Shown piece by piece: positions 8,377-18,141 of a DNA stretch of 64,000 nucleotides. The translations under genes were made by a program, and so were the position numbers. Location: assembly GCF_016093275.1 (NCBI RefSeq), contig NZ_JAEDAK010000005.1:1-64000 (forward strand). The letters run 5' to 3'. Positions within the stretch are counted from its first letter, which is position 1. Each line of letters starts with the position of its first letter. Origin of the DNA: Inhella proteolytica (GTDB taxonomy: Bacteria; Pseudomonadota; Gammaproteobacteria; Burkholderiales; Burkholderiaceae_C). The notes under the pieces are model-generated. The model did not search any database. It saw only the letters and a program-made list of their open reading frames with translations, and was not told where the DNA came from.

Positions 8377-8787
8377 ATGCCCGAGCAACGCGTTCGAGAA
8401 GCCCAGGCCCTGACGGCTCTGCGCCTGACCCTGGCCCTGCTGATCTTCATCCACGGCGCCTACCGGGCCTGGAGCGGCGGCTATGCGCCCTTCGGTGCCT
8501 GGCTGGACAGCCAGGGCATCCCGCTCGGCGCGGCCGTGGCCATCGGCATCACCGCGCTGGAAGTGCTGGGCGCGCCGCTGCTGGCCTGGGGACGCTGGGC
8601 GGTGATGCCGCTGTGCCTGCTGTTCGCCCTGGTCTATGCGGTGGGCATCGCGATGGTGCATGCGCCCTTCGGCTGGTTCGTCGTCGGCGCCGGGCGCAAT
8701 GGCGCCGAGTACTCGGTGCTGCTGATCGTCGGATTGCTGGCGACCGCGTGGGCCAGGCTGCCAGGGTTATCGGCTGGCCGGCAATGA
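8377..8787 (+). CDS. DoxX family membrane protein
   Basis: Four TM helices with the DoxX-like pattern 'LRLTLALLIFIHGAYRAW'. Confidence 0.65.
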   Translation: MPEQRVREAQALTALRLTLALLIFIHGAYRAWSGGYAPFGAWLDSQGIPLGAAVAIGITALEVLGAPLLAWGRWAVMPLCLLFALVYAVGIAMVHAPFGWFVVGAGRNGAEYSVLLIVGLLATAWARLPGLSAGRQ

Positions 8788-8971
8788 GCATCCGCAACGA
8801 GGCAGTGATTGAATGAGGCTCGCCCACGGCAGCCATTGAGACCTGCCATCACCACAGCCATCCGAGAAGAGGGCCAACTTCGCCGGCTTCGCATTGCTCC
8901 GCCGAACGGGCTGGTGTCTGGCGGCAGGCTAAGGACGTGAAGACAGCAGGCTCAAGTGAACATGTCACCTC

Positions 8972-9760
8972 ATGCGAAGCATCAACGCACTCACTGACTC
9001 ATTGGCCATCCCGGCCCTCCATCTGGTCGCCGCAGGCGAGCCTTCGAAGTCCCATCTTGGTGGATCGCCGCGCTTGCCTGCGAGCTTGAGTTGGCCTGAG
9101 TGGAAGGGTCGGAAACTCGGGTTTCTGGCCCGCCTTTCCCTGCCTGAACTTCAACGCGTGCACCCGATCGACTGGCTGCCGTCTACCGGGGCGCTGCTCT
9201 TCTTTTACGACGTAGAGGAACAGCCCTGGGGTTTCGATCCCAAGGACCAGGGCAGTTGCGCAGTGCTGCATGTCGCTGATCTGCAGCAAGCGCTCGCACC
9301 CTCGGCGGATGACGGCGATGACGAGACCTTCCCGCGGATGAATGTTCAGTTTCGAAAGATCGCGGTCTTCCCTTCGACCGAGCGCCCGCAGGTCGAGGCA
9401 CTCCAACTCGCTCGGGACGAGCACCATCAGTACTGGGACCAGCTGGACTCGCCCTATCAGGGCTTGCCGAAACATCAGGTGGCGGGTTTTCCAGCACCTG
9501 TGCAGGGCGACTGCATGGAGCTGGAATGCCAGCTGGTCAGCCATGGCTTGTATTGCGGAGACAGCACGGGCTACACCGATCCACGCGCCAAGCTTCTTGA
9601 AGACGGTGCAAAGGACTGGCGCCTGCTTCTTCAGCTCGACACCGATGACGACTCCGGCGTGATGTGGGGAGACTGCGGCACGCTCTTCTTTTGGGTTCGA
9701 GCCGACGAGGCCGCTGCCGGCAACTTCCAGAACCCCTGGCTCGTTCTGCAATGTTCCTGA
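8972..9760 (+). CDS. DUF1963 (YwqG-like) domain protein
   Basis: Characteristic C-terminal 'MWGDCGTLFFW' and 'SKSHLGGSP' motifs of DUF1963. The gene and ~180 bp upstream are visibly lower in GC than their surroundings. Confidence 0.65.
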   Translation: MRSINALTDSLAIPALHLVAAGEPSKSHLGGSPRLPASLSWPEWKGRKLGFLARLSLPELQRVHPIDWLPSTGALLFFYDVEEQPWGFDPKDQGSCAVLHVADLQQALAPSADDGDDETFPRMNVQFRKIAVFPSTERPQVEALQLARDEHHQYWDQLDSPYQGLPKHQVAGFPAPVQGDCMELECQLVSHGLYCGDSTGYTDPRAKLLEDGAKDWRLLLQLDTDDDSGVMWGDCGTLFFWVRADEAAAGNFQNPWLVLQCS

Positions 9761-9866
9761 AGCCACCGTCAGGACCTGCCGCGCACGGCCGCGCCGTGAG
9801 CGAGAACGCCAACAGCCTGCGGTTCAATGCGCCCCCGTTCCGCGCCCGCCGATTCGCCGATCCGCC

Positions 9867-10322
9867 GTGACCCCCTTTCAGATCCGCCCCGCCACCCTGG
9901 CCGACCTCGACCAGATCGCCCCCCTGTTCGACGCCTACCGCCAGTTCTACGAGCAGGTGCCCGATGCGGCCCTGGCGACGCGCTTCATCGCCGAGCGCCT
10001 GCAGCGCCAGGAGTCGGTGATCCTGCTGGCGGAGGACGCGCAAGGGCAGGGCTTGGGCTTCTGCCAGCTCTACCCCAGCTTCTGCTCGGTGGAGGCGGCG
10101 CCCATCTATGTGCTGTACGACCTGTTCGTGGGCCCCGCGGCGCGCGGCGGCGGCGTGGGCCGCGCCCTGCTGCTGGCGGCCGAGGCGCGCGCCGTGCAGG
10201 ACGGCAAGCGCCGCATGGACCTGACGACAGCCAAGACCAACCAGGTCGCGCAGTCGCTCTACGAGTCGCTCGGCTGGGTGCGCGACGAGGTGTTTTGGGC
10301 TTACAACCGCCGCCTGGGCTGA
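9867..10322 (+). CDS. GNAT family N-acetyltransferase
   Basis: 'RGGGVGRALL' acetyl-CoA binding motif, GNAT size. Confidence 0.8.
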   Translation: MTPFQIRPATLADLDQIAPLFDAYRQFYEQVPDAALATRFIAERLQRQESVILLAEDAQGQGLGFCQLYPSFCSVEAAPIYVLYDLFVGPAARGGGVGRALLLAAEARAVQDGKRRMDLTTAKTNQVAQSLYESLGWVRDEVFWAYNRRLG

Positions 10323-10352
10323 GCCCCCACCCACCCCGCCGAGGAGACCGCG

Positions 10353-10832
10353 ATGCCGAGCAAGAACACCATCTGCCTTTGGTACGACGGCGACGCTGAG
10401 GAGGCCGCGCGCTTCTATGCCGCGACCTTTCCCGACAGCGCCGTGGGCCGCATCCTGCGCGCGCCGGGCGACTACCCGGCCGGCCAGGCCGGCGACGTGC
10501 TGCTGGTCGAGTTCAGGTTGATGGGCATCCCCTGCATCGGCATGAACGGCGGGCCGGGCGTGCCGCATGGCATGGCCTTCTCGTTCCAGGTCTCCACCGC
10601 CGACCAGGCCGAGACCGACCGGCTCTGGCACGCCATCATTGACCACGGCGGTGCGCCCAGCGCCTGCGGCTGGTGCCAGGACCGCTGGGGCCTGTCCTGG
10701 CAGATCACGCCGCGCGCGCTGATGGACGCCCTGGCCGACCCCGACCCCGCGGTAGCCAAGCGCTGCTTCGAGGCCATGATGACGATGGGCAAGATCGACA
10801 TCGCCGCCATCGAGGCCGCACGGCGCGGCTGA
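10353..10832 (+). CDS. VOC/glyoxalase-superfamily protein (PhnB/3-demethylubiquinone-9 3-methyltransferase-like domain)
   Basis: 'MPSKNTICLWYDGDAEEAARFYAATFPDS..' is typical of the PF06983-type VOC proteins. RBS GAGGAG upstream. Confidence 0.7.
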   Translation: MPSKNTICLWYDGDAEEAARFYAATFPDSAVGRILRAPGDYPAGQAGDVLLVEFRLMGIPCIGMNGGPGVPHGMAFSFQVSTADQAETDRLWHAIIDHGGAPSACGWCQDRWGLSWQITPRALMDALADPDPAVAKRCFEAMMTMGKIDIAAIEAARRG

Positions 10833-10845
10833 CGGTCTCTCTCAG

Positions 10846-11418
10846 TCAGCGGCAGGCGCGCGCCTCCGCCAGGCGGCGCTGCAGATCGGCTTGCAGGCGC
10901 GCGTTGTCGCGGTTGGCGATCTTGCTGATCTCGATTTCCAGGTCGCGGATCTCGCGCGCGCTGGCGCAAGGCTTGGCGCGTTCGGTGGGCGGCAGGGCGC
11001 GTTCTTGCACCGCGGTGACCACGCCGTTCTGCGTGGTGACGGCGTACTGGCGGCCGTTGCGGCTGTAGAAGCGGTGCTCGTAGTGCCCCCCGACCTGCTG
11101 ACCGGACTGCACCTCCTCGGCGCGGCCCAGCGCCAGGTCCAGCTCGGCCAGGCTCATGCTGACCAGGGGCTGGCCCGCCTCGATGGCTTTGCGCACCGCC
11201 ACGCGGCGGTCCAGCTCGTCGAGCTGGGCCCGGCGGGCCTCGGTGCCGGGCGGGGGCGCGGCGCTGCGGGCCGGCAGCTTCAGCGCCGTCTCGGCCTCGC
11301 CGGAGGCACAGGGCGTTTGCTGGAAGCGCGTGGCGCCATCGGGCTGCCGGCATTGGTACTGGGCCTGGGCGCAGGCGCTGGCCAGCAGCAGCAGCGCAAG
11401 CAGGGTGGGGTGGCGCAT
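10846..11418 (-). CDS. DUF4124 domain secreted protein
   Basis: Start at MRHPTLLALLLLASACAQA (signal peptide). 'YQCRQPDGATRFQQTPC' matches the DUF4124 core. The track ORF extends further upstream without support. Confidence 0.6.
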   Translation of the reverse strand: MRHPTLLALLLLASACAQAQYQCRQPDGATRFQQTPCASGEAETALKLPARSAAPPPGTEARRAQLDELDRRVAVRKAIEAGQPLVSMSLAELDLALGRAEEVQSGQQVGGHYEHRFYSRNGRQYAVTTQNGVVTAVQERALPPTERAKPCASAREIRDLEIEISKIANRDNARLQADLQRRLAEARACR

Positions 11419-11585
11419 GACGGCTCCCTGTTCGGTTCTGGTTGGGAAGCCGGCAACGCCGCGGGCCCGATTGGGATGACCGGGCAAAGCCCCATGCGAG
11501 CCAGGGGGTAAATGTTGAATTTTCAGTAATTCCTGAAAATTGCAGATACGCTGACGCCCATCAAACACTCGTGACGGGCAATGTG

Positions 11586-12137
11586 ATGACTCCCTTGGTA
11601 CGTGCCTTCGTGGGCCATTTCGGCGAGATGGGCAGCCGCTGGGGCATCAACCGCACGGTGGGGCAGATCTATGCGCTGATCTTCGTCAGCCCCGAGCCAC
11701 TGAATGCCGACGACATCGCCGCGGCGCTGGAGTTCAGCCGCAGCAACGTCAGCATGGGCCTCAAAGAGTTGCAGGCCTGGCGCCTGGTGAAGCTGCGCCA
11801 CCTGCCGGGCGACCGGCGCGAGTACTTCGAGGCCCCCAGCGACGCCTGGGAGGTCTTCCGCACCCTGGCCGAGGAACGCCGCCGGCGCGAGATCGAGCCC
11901 ACGCTCTCGATGCTGCGCAACGCCCTGCTCGAAGAGCCCGCCAGCGAATCCGACCGCATCGCGCAGGAGCGCATGCGCGGCATGCACGACCTGATCGAGC
12001 TGATGACGACTTGGTTCGACGACGTGCAGCGCCTGGAGCCCGACACCCTGGCCAAGCTGATGAAGATGGGCGCCAAGGTGCAGAAGCTGCTCGAAGCGAC
12101 GGGTGCCATCAAGGTGCGGGAGCGCAGTGATGCCTGA
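11586..12137 (+). CDS. MarR/GbsR-type winged-helix transcriptional regulator
   Basis: wHTH segment 'GQIYALIFVSPEPLNADDIAAALEFSRSNVSMGLKELQAWRLV'. Its stop overlaps the start of the downstream cytochrome bd oxidase gene. Confidence 0.6.
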   Translation: MTPLVRAFVGHFGEMGSRWGINRTVGQIYALIFVSPEPLNADDIAAALEFSRSNVSMGLKELQAWRLVKLRHLPGDRREYFEAPSDAWEVFRTLAEERRRREIEPTLSMLRNALLEEPASESDRIAQERMRGMHDLIELMTTWFDDVQRLEPDTLAKLMKMGAKVQKLLEATGAIKVRERSDA

Positions 12138-13467
12138 TCCGACCGCGCTCCTGCTGGCGCGCGCCCAGTTCGCCGCCAACATCAGCTTCCACATCCTGTT
12201 CCCCACGCTGACCATCGCCCTGGCCTGGGTGCTGCTGTTCTTCCGCTGGCGCTGGCTGCGCACGCAAGACAGCGCCTGGCTGGCCGCCTACCGGCTCTGG
12301 ACCAAGGTCTTCGCGCTCAGCTTCGCGCTCGGCGTGGTCAGCGGCATCACCATGAGCTTCCAGTTCGGCACCAACTGGCCGGGCTTCATGGAGAAGGTCG
12401 GCAACATCGCCGGGCCGCTCTTGGGCTACGAGGTGCTGACGGCCTTTTTCCTCGAAGCCAGCTTCCTGGGCGTGATGCTGTTCGGCCATGGCCGCGTATC
12501 GGAGCGCGTGCACCTGCTCGCCACCCTGCTGGTGGCCCTGGGCACCAGCTTCTCGGCCTTCTGGATCCTGAGCCTGAACAGCTGGATGCAGACGCCCACG
12601 GGCTTTCGCATTGAGGGCGGCGAGTTCTTCGTCGAGAGCTGGGCCGCGGTGGTCTTCAACCCGAGCTTTCCGTACCGGTTCACGCACATGCTGCTGGCCT
12701 CGGGGCTCACCGGCGCCTTCCTGCTCGCCGGCGTCTCGGCCTGGCAGCAGCTGCGCGGCCACGCGAACCCCAGCACCGCCAAGGTGCTGCGCACCGGGCT
12801 GACGCTGGGTGCGCTCTTGATCCCGCTGCAGATCTTCGTGGGCGATCTGCACGGCCTGAACACGCTCAAGCACCAGCCGGCCAAGATCGCCGCGATGGAG
12901 GGCGTGTGGGAAACCGAGCGTGGCGCGCCGATGCTGCTGTTTGCCTGGCCCGATGAGGCCGAGCGCCGCAACCGCTTCGAGATCGGCGTGCCCAAGCTGG
13001 CCAGCCTGATCCTCACGCATGAGGCCGAGGGCGAGATCAAAGGCCTGAACGAGTTCCCGAACGCGCACCCGCCGGTGGCACCGGTGTTCTGGGGCTTTCG
13101 CCTGATGGTGGGCACGGGCCTCCTGATGCTGGCGAGCAGCTGGCTCGGCGTGTTCCTGCTGCGCCGCGCCGGCTGGCGCCCGGAAGGGCTGCCGCGCGCG
13201 CTGCTGCACGGCCTGGCTTGGATGTCCGTCTCCGGCTGGCTCGCCACGCTGGCCGGCTGGTACGTCACCGAGATCGGCCGCCAGCCCTTCCTCGTGTACG
13301 GCCTGCTGCGCACCGCGGACCTGGCCTCCAGCACACCCAGCAGCCACATCGGCCTCACCCTCACGGCCTATCTGCTGATGTATGCCGGCCTGCTCTATGC
13401 CTACTTCCGGGTGATGCGCCACCTCGCGCGCACGCCGGTCGAAAAACTGCTGGGAGTGAACGCATGA
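12130..13467 (+). CDS. cydA: Cytochrome bd-type (cyanide-insensitive, short Q-loop) quinol oxidase subunit I
   Basis: 'ARAQFAANISFHILFPTLTIALAW', heme-ligand His and the GWxxxEIGRQP motif. About 445 aa, consistent with the CioA type. Confidence 0.85.
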   Translation: MPDPTALLLARAQFAANISFHILFPTLTIALAWVLLFFRWRWLRTQDSAWLAAYRLWTKVFALSFALGVVSGITMSFQFGTNWPGFMEKVGNIAGPLLGYEVLTAFFLEASFLGVMLFGHGRVSERVHLLATLLVALGTSFSAFWILSLNSWMQTPTGFRIEGGEFFVESWAAVVFNPSFPYRFTHMLLASGLTGAFLLAGVSAWQQLRGHANPSTAKVLRTGLTLGALLIPLQIFVGDLHGLNTLKHQPAKIAAMEGVWETERGAPMLLFAWPDEAERRNRFEIGVPKLASLILTHEAEGEIKGLNEFPNAHPPVAPVFWGFRLMVGTGLLMLASSWLGVFLLRRAGWRPEGLPRALLHGLAWMSVSGWLATLAGWYVTEIGRQPFLVYGLLRTADLASSTPSSHIGLTLTAYLLMYAGLLYAYFRVMRHLARTPVEKLLGVNA

Positions 13468-14462
13468 ACGCCGCGCACTGGCTGCCGCCAGTCTTCCTGG
13501 CCCTGATGGGCCTGGCCATGCTGGCCTATGTGGTGCTCGATGGCTACGACCTGGGTGTGGGCCTGCTGCTGCCGCGCGCCGGCAGCGAGGCCGACAAGGA
13601 CCTGATGGTGGCCTCCATCGGCCCCTTTTGGGACGCCAACGAGACCTGGCTGGTGCTGGGCGTGGGGGTCTTGCTGATCGCTTTCCCCAAGGCCCATGGC
13701 CTGGTGCTCACGGCGCTGTACCTGCCGGTGGCCGTCATGCTGATCGGCCTCACGTTGCGCGGTGTCGCCTTCGACTTCCGCAGCAAGGCCGAGGCGCACC
13801 ACAAGGGCTGGTGGAACGCCGCCTTCGTCGCCGGCTCGGGCCTGGCCGCCGCGGCCCAGGGTTGGATGCTCGGGCGCTACATCACCGGCTTTGCCGAAGG
13901 CGGGGCGGCGCAGGGCTTCGCGCTGCTCATCGGCCTGGCCCTGCCCGCCGCCTACGTGATGCTGGGCGCGAGCTGGCTGCTGATGAAGACCGAAGGGCCG
14001 CTGCAGCAGCGCGCACGCCTGTGGGCGCGCCAGGCCTGGTGGCCGGTGCTGCTGGGCATCGGGCTGATCTCCATCGCCACGCCCATCGTCAGCGCCACCG
14101 TGCGCGAGCGCTGGTTCGCGCTGCCCGAGTTCATCGCCCTGCTGCCGATCCCGCTGTGCACCCTGCTGGCACTGGGCGCGCAGCGCGCGGTGCTGAAGAG
14201 CGACCGCGTGCTGGGCCGCCTGTGCTGGCTGCCCTTCGCGCTCAGCGTGCTGCTCTTCGTGCTGGCCAGCCTGGGCCTGGCCTACAGCCTCTACCCCTAT
14301 GTGGTGATGGACCGACTCACGCTCTGGCAAGCCGCCAGCCATGTCGATTCGCTGATCGTCATCGGCATCGGTTGCGCCATCACCGTGCCGGCCATCGTGG
14401 GCTACACGGTGTTCGCCTACCGGGTGTTCTGGGGCAAGGCGACCGAACTGCACTACGGCTGA
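13464..14462 (+). CDS. cydB: Cytochrome bd-type quinol oxidase subunit II
   Basis: Start overlaps the cydA stop (ATGA). 'LDGYDLGVG', 'IGPFWDANETW', and 8-9 TM helices. Confidence 0.85.
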   Translation: MNAAHWLPPVFLALMGLAMLAYVVLDGYDLGVGLLLPRAGSEADKDLMVASIGPFWDANETWLVLGVGVLLIAFPKAHGLVLTALYLPVAVMLIGLTLRGVAFDFRSKAEAHHKGWWNAAFVAGSGLAAAAQGWMLGRYITGFAEGGAAQGFALLIGLALPAAYVMLGASWLLMKTEGPLQQRARLWARQAWWPVLLGIGLISIATPIVSATVRERWFALPEFIALLPIPLCTLLALGAQRAVLKSDRVLGRLCWLPFALSVLLFVLASLGLAYSLYPYVVMDRLTLWQAASHVDSLIVIGIGCAITVPAIVGYTVFAYRVFWGKATELHYG

Positions 14463-14488
14463 GCCCCCCCTTCCCAAGGACCTGACCC

Positions 14489-15340
14489 ATGAAGCTTCTC
14501 CACCCGACCTTCGGCCTGCTGCTCACCCTCGCCCTCGCCCCCTTGGCCCAGGCCGTCGAGCCGGCGCGCACCGAGGCGCGCCAGCGCGTCGGCGCGCACG
14601 AACTGTCCTGGGAATGCCGCGGCAGCGGCCCGCAAACCGTGGTGCTGGTGGCCGGCATGGGCCTGGACGTGCGCGCCACCTTCCGCAACACCTACCGCCA
14701 CTTCCCCGTCGAGGGCGTGCGCCTGTGCCTGTACGACCGCGCCGGCGTGGGCCAGAGCAGCCCCCTGCCGGCGGCGCGCCCGCTGCAGGCCCTGAGCGAT
14801 GAACTGGCCGGCCTGGCCCAGGCGCTGAACTGGGGGCCCATGGTGCTGGTGGCCCATTCCTTCGGCGGCCTGGTGGCGCGCTCCTTCGCGCTCGACCACC
14901 CCGAGCAGGTGCGCGGCATCGTGTTCGTGGACGCCGTGCATGAATCCTGGTGGTCGGGCCTGCAGCAGGCCCTCAGCCCGGCGGGCTGGCAGCTGATGCA
15001 GAACATCATTCGCTGGGAGCGCGACGTGCACGCGCACGAAGACTTCGCCGAGGCGGTGCAGAGCCTGCAGGCGCGCCGCCGCCCGCTGCCGCTGCCGATC
15101 ACGGTGCTGAGCCGCGGCATCCCGCACACCCAGCTGCGCCAGGCGCGCTTCAGCTACGCCGACGTCGACGCCTACAACGCCAGCTGGGACGTGGCGCAGG
15201 CCCGGCTCGCGCAGGAGTCGAGTGACACGCGCCAGCGCCGCATGCACTACGCCTCGCACCTGTTCGACGAGCAGGACCCCTGGCTGGTGATCGAGGAGAT
15301 CCAGACGCTGCTGCAGCGCCTGCCGGCGCGCGCGGACTGA
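14489..15340 (+). CDS. Secreted alpha/beta-hydrolase
   Basis: Signal peptide; nucleophile elbow 'AHSFGG'; Asp/His further downstream. Confidence 0.7.
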   Translation: MKLLHPTFGLLLTLALAPLAQAVEPARTEARQRVGAHELSWECRGSGPQTVVLVAGMGLDVRATFRNTYRHFPVEGVRLCLYDRAGVGQSSPLPAARPLQALSDELAGLAQALNWGPMVLVAHSFGGLVARSFALDHPEQVRGIVFVDAVHESWWSGLQQALSPAGWQLMQNIIRWERDVHAHEDFAEAVQSLQARRRPLPLPITVLSRGIPHTQLRQARFSYADVDAYNASWDVAQARLAQESSDTRQRRMHYASHLFDEQDPWLVIEEIQTLLQRLPARAD

Positions 15341-15369
15341 GAAGGCGATAGGGCGAGAGGACGCGCCGC

Positions 15370-15723
15370 TCAGCGCGCGCGCCGCTGCTCCAGGCTCACC
15401 CGCTCCACGCGGCCCGCCGCATTGCGGTGCAGGTGCAGGCGCTGCAGGCCATCGGGGCTGACGATCAGCTCGGGGCTGACGAGCTGCCAGCGCTCCTCGG
15501 GCTGGAAGCCGACGGCCACGCTGACGCGCTGGCCGCGCACATGCAGGGAGAGCGAACGCCCGTCCTGCAGCTCGTACTCGCCTTCGGCGTCCCACAGCGC
15601 GCGCACGGCGGCGGCGGTGGCCGGCGGTGTGCCTTCCGCCACCGCCGCCTGGGCGGGTGCGTGGGCCAGATTCAGAACCAGGGCCACCACGGTCAGGGGC
15701 TGCGCCAGGGTCAAGGTCTTCAT
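15370..15723 (-). CDS. Hypothetical small secreted protein
   Basis: Start at MKTLTLAQPLTVVALVLNLAHAPAQA (signal peptide). Good codon bias. Confidence 0.5.
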   Translation of the reverse strand: MKTLTLAQPLTVVALVLNLAHAPAQAAVAEGTPPATAAAVRALWDAEGEYELQDGRSLSLHVRGQRVSVAVGFQPEERWQLVSPELIVSPDGLQRLHLHRNAAGRVERVSLEQRRAR

Positions 15724-15942
15724 GGTGTGAACTCCTTTGTGTGCCCGGGGCCCGTCGCCCCGGCTATCCGGATAGCGCAAGCGGCGTGCCAGGCCGGGCT
15801 GCGTGCACGGGCCGCGTTTTGGCCCCGCTTCGGTGCCACAAGCCTGCCGTGCTGCCTTGAATTGGGCCGCTGCGCCCCGTCTCGGCGCGGGGCCTGGGGC
15901 GGGTCACCCGTTCGCGTCACACTGCAGCCCGCCCCCAACTGC

Positions 15943-16596
15943 ATGCAACGCCCCATGTCCCTGGCGCTTCGGTTTCGCCCACTGGCTTTGCTGGCTCTGC
16001 TGGCCTGCGCCGGCAGCAGCGCGCCCTCGTGGGCGGAGCCCGGCAGCCGCACCGTCATCCCGCTGCACGGCCAGCTGCTCGTGTTCCAGCAGCCCGCCGG
16101 CTTTGTGTTGCTGGGCGAGCAGCAGCAGGGCGGGCTCTACCTGCGCGAGGCCCTGCCCGAGGGTGAGGACCGCGGCAACTGGACGCAGATGCTGACCGTG
16201 CTGGTGCACCGCGGCAGCCCCGACGGCCTGGAGGCCTCGCCCGGGGCGCTGGTGCGCGGCCTGGCGGCGGCCTACCAGCAGGCTTGCCCGCGCAGCTTCG
16301 CCACCCGCACCCTGGCCGACGCCGCCTTGCCCGAGGGCCACCCCCTGCATGCCGCCGTGCTGGGCTGCGGTGCGCTGGGCGAAGGGGCGCAGCGCCGCGG
16401 CGAGCAGGTGCTGGTGGTCAGCATCAAGCGCGCCGAGCTGTACTTCACGTTGCAGTGGACCGAGCGCGCGGCGGCGCTGGAGCAGGCACCGGTGCTGGCC
16501 ATGGAGCAATGGGCCGCGCGCTTCCAACAGCTGGCGCCGCTGAAGGTCTGCGACCGCCTGCCGGGCGAGCGCGCGCCCTACGCCAGCTGCCGCTGA
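15943..16596 (+). CDS. Hypothetical secreted protein
   Basis: Start at MQRPMSLALRFRPLALLALLACAGSSAPSWA (signal). The long track ORF from 15427 is an unsupported 5' extension that overlaps the convergent gene. Confidence 0.5.
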   Translation: MQRPMSLALRFRPLALLALLACAGSSAPSWAEPGSRTVIPLHGQLLVFQQPAGFVLLGEQQQGGLYLREALPEGEDRGNWTQMLTVLVHRGSPDGLEASPGALVRGLAAAYQQACPRSFATRTLADAALPEGHPLHAAVLGCGALGEGAQRRGEQVLVVSIKRAELYFTLQWTERAAALEQAPVLAMEQWAARFQQLAPLKVCDRLPGERAPYASCR

Positions 16597-16655
16597 TACA
16601 GCTCCTCACAAAGAACGACTTGACATGAAATGTCAAGCCGCTATCGTGCGCCGAC

Positions 16656-17108
16656 ATGTTATGTCTGGAGAACACGGTGAGCCTGGCAACCCCTTTGATG
16701 GATGTGCTGAAGGGCCTGGACGGGCTGCTGAGCGAGCAGCTTGGCGGCCTGGCTGTGCAGCTGCAGCCGATTCCCGGCGCGGTGACGGTGCTGCAGGTCA
16801 GCATCGAAGGGCGCGAGGAGCTGCCGATCTTCCTCACCGGCTCCGAGCACCAGATCCTCTGCATCTGCTACCTCTGGGACGAAGCCCAGGTGCGGCCCGA
16901 GCGCCGCACCGAGCTGCTGGAGACCCTGCTGGACCTGAACCCGTCGGTGCCGCTGTCGGACTTCGGCCGCGTCGGTGAGCGCTATGTGCTGATCGGCGCG
17001 CTGCGCCGCGAGGCCGCGGTGCAGGACGTGGCCAAGGAGCTGGCCGTGCTGAGTGACAACGCACTCGACGCGCTGGATGCGCTGGCCGAGTTCCTGATCG
17101 AGGAGTGA
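16656..17108 (+). CDS. YjfI-like (DUF2170) protein; first gene of the PspA-flotillin operon
   Basis: 'DGLLSEQLGGLAV...ELPIFLTGSEHQILCICYLWDE' resembles the E. coli YjfI/DUF2170 family. Its stop overlaps the start of the PspA-like gene. Confidence 0.65.
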   Translation: MLCLENTVSLATPLMDVLKGLDGLLSEQLGGLAVQLQPIPGAVTVLQVSIEGREELPIFLTGSEHQILCICYLWDEAQVRPERRTELLETLLDLNPSVPLSDFGRVGERYVLIGALRREAAVQDVAKELAVLSDNALDALDALAEFLIEE

Positions 17109-17776
17109 CCATGCCCAACGCCATCCGCCACATGCTGACCAGCCTGCGCGCCAGCGTGCAGGAACTGGGCGAGACCCTGCTCGGCCCCGAGCTGGACGCG
17201 CAGCGCCTGCAGTCCGCCCAGGCCGATCTGCGCGACGCGCGCCAGCACCTGGAGACGCTGCTGACGCAGCAGCTGCGCCTGGGCCGCGAGCAGGAGCAGG
17301 GTGCGCAGGAAACGGCGCGCCTGGAAGATCTGGCCACCAAGGCCTTGGCCCAGGGGCGCGAGGACCTGGCCGAGGCGCTGGCCGACCGCATCCTGGCCCA
17401 GCAGGCCGATGCCCAGGCTCGCCTGCAGCAGCTGGAGCTGCTGGGCACCCAGGCCCAGCAGCTGCGCACGCAGATCCAGGCCGCCGAGGCGCGCCTGCGC
17501 GAGTTCGAGCGCGAGCTGCAGATGGCCGAGACGCGCGCCGCGGTGGCGCGCACCACCCGCACGGTGGCCGATCAGCTGGCCGACGGTGCGGCGCTGCGCC
17601 GCCTGCGCGAGCGCCGCCAGGCCGAGGCCGACCGCAGCGCCGCCGCCGCCCAGATGGCTGGCGAAGACGCGCTGGAGCGCCAGCTGGTGGAGGCCGGCCT
17701 GATGCCCGACCCCGCCACCGAGCCGCGCCGCCGCCTGCTCGAGCGCCTGCGCGCGCGCAGTCAGGACCTGCGCTGA
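17105..17776 (+). CDS. PspA/IM30 (Vipp1/ESCRT-III-like) family protein, YjfJ-type
   Basis: All-helical, coiled-coil pattern. 'MPNAIRHMLTSLRASVQELGETLLGPELDAQRLQSAQADLRDARQHLETLL' matches the PspA/IM30 N-terminus. No pspB/C/F nearby. Confidence 0.8.
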   Translation: MTMPNAIRHMLTSLRASVQELGETLLGPELDAQRLQSAQADLRDARQHLETLLTQQLRLGREQEQGAQETARLEDLATKALAQGREDLAEALADRILAQQADAQARLQQLELLGTQAQQLRTQIQAAEARLREFERELQMAETRAAVARTTRTVADQLADGAALRRLRERRQAEADRSAAAAQMAGEDALERQLVEAGLMPDPATEPRRRLLERLRARSQDLR

Positions 17777-18141
17777 TGGCCATCCGCAAACCCGCCCGCT
17801 GGAAAAGCACGGACGAGGCCTTGAAAGCCGTGCAGGTCGCCTTTGATGTCGAGCTCAGCGTGATGGACGCGGTGCGCACCGCGGCCTTTCTGAACGAGGT
17901 CTCGCCCTCGGACCAGATCCGCCGCCTGCTGCAGCTGCCCACGGCCGAGCGCCCCAAGCGCCCGCGCCTGACCGTCACCCTCGGAAGCGAGGATTACGCG
18001 CTGCTGGCCGAGCGCTATGGTCTGGACCCGGAGGACCGCCTCGCCATCAAGGAGCAGGTGACGGCCGAGCTGATCACCTTTGCCGAACAACACCCGGCGC
18101 TGCCGCGCAAGGCCGCGCTGCGCCAGAAGGGGAAGAGCTGA
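17776..18141 (+). CDS. Hypothetical small protein in the PspA-flotillin operon
   Basis: TGATG start/stop overlap on both sides (translational coupling). No recognisable motif. Confidence 0.5.
   Translation: MAIRKPARWKSTDEALKAVQVAFDVELSVMDAVRTAAFLNEVSPSDQIRRLLQLPTAERPKRPRLTVTLGSEDYALLAERYGLDPEDRLAIKEQVTAELITFAEQHPALPRKAALRQKGKS

Noticed and set aside
16659-17978. 439-aa minus ORF across the yjfI/pspA region
   Set aside because: Antisense to two motif-supported genes; Arg/Ala/Pro-rich.
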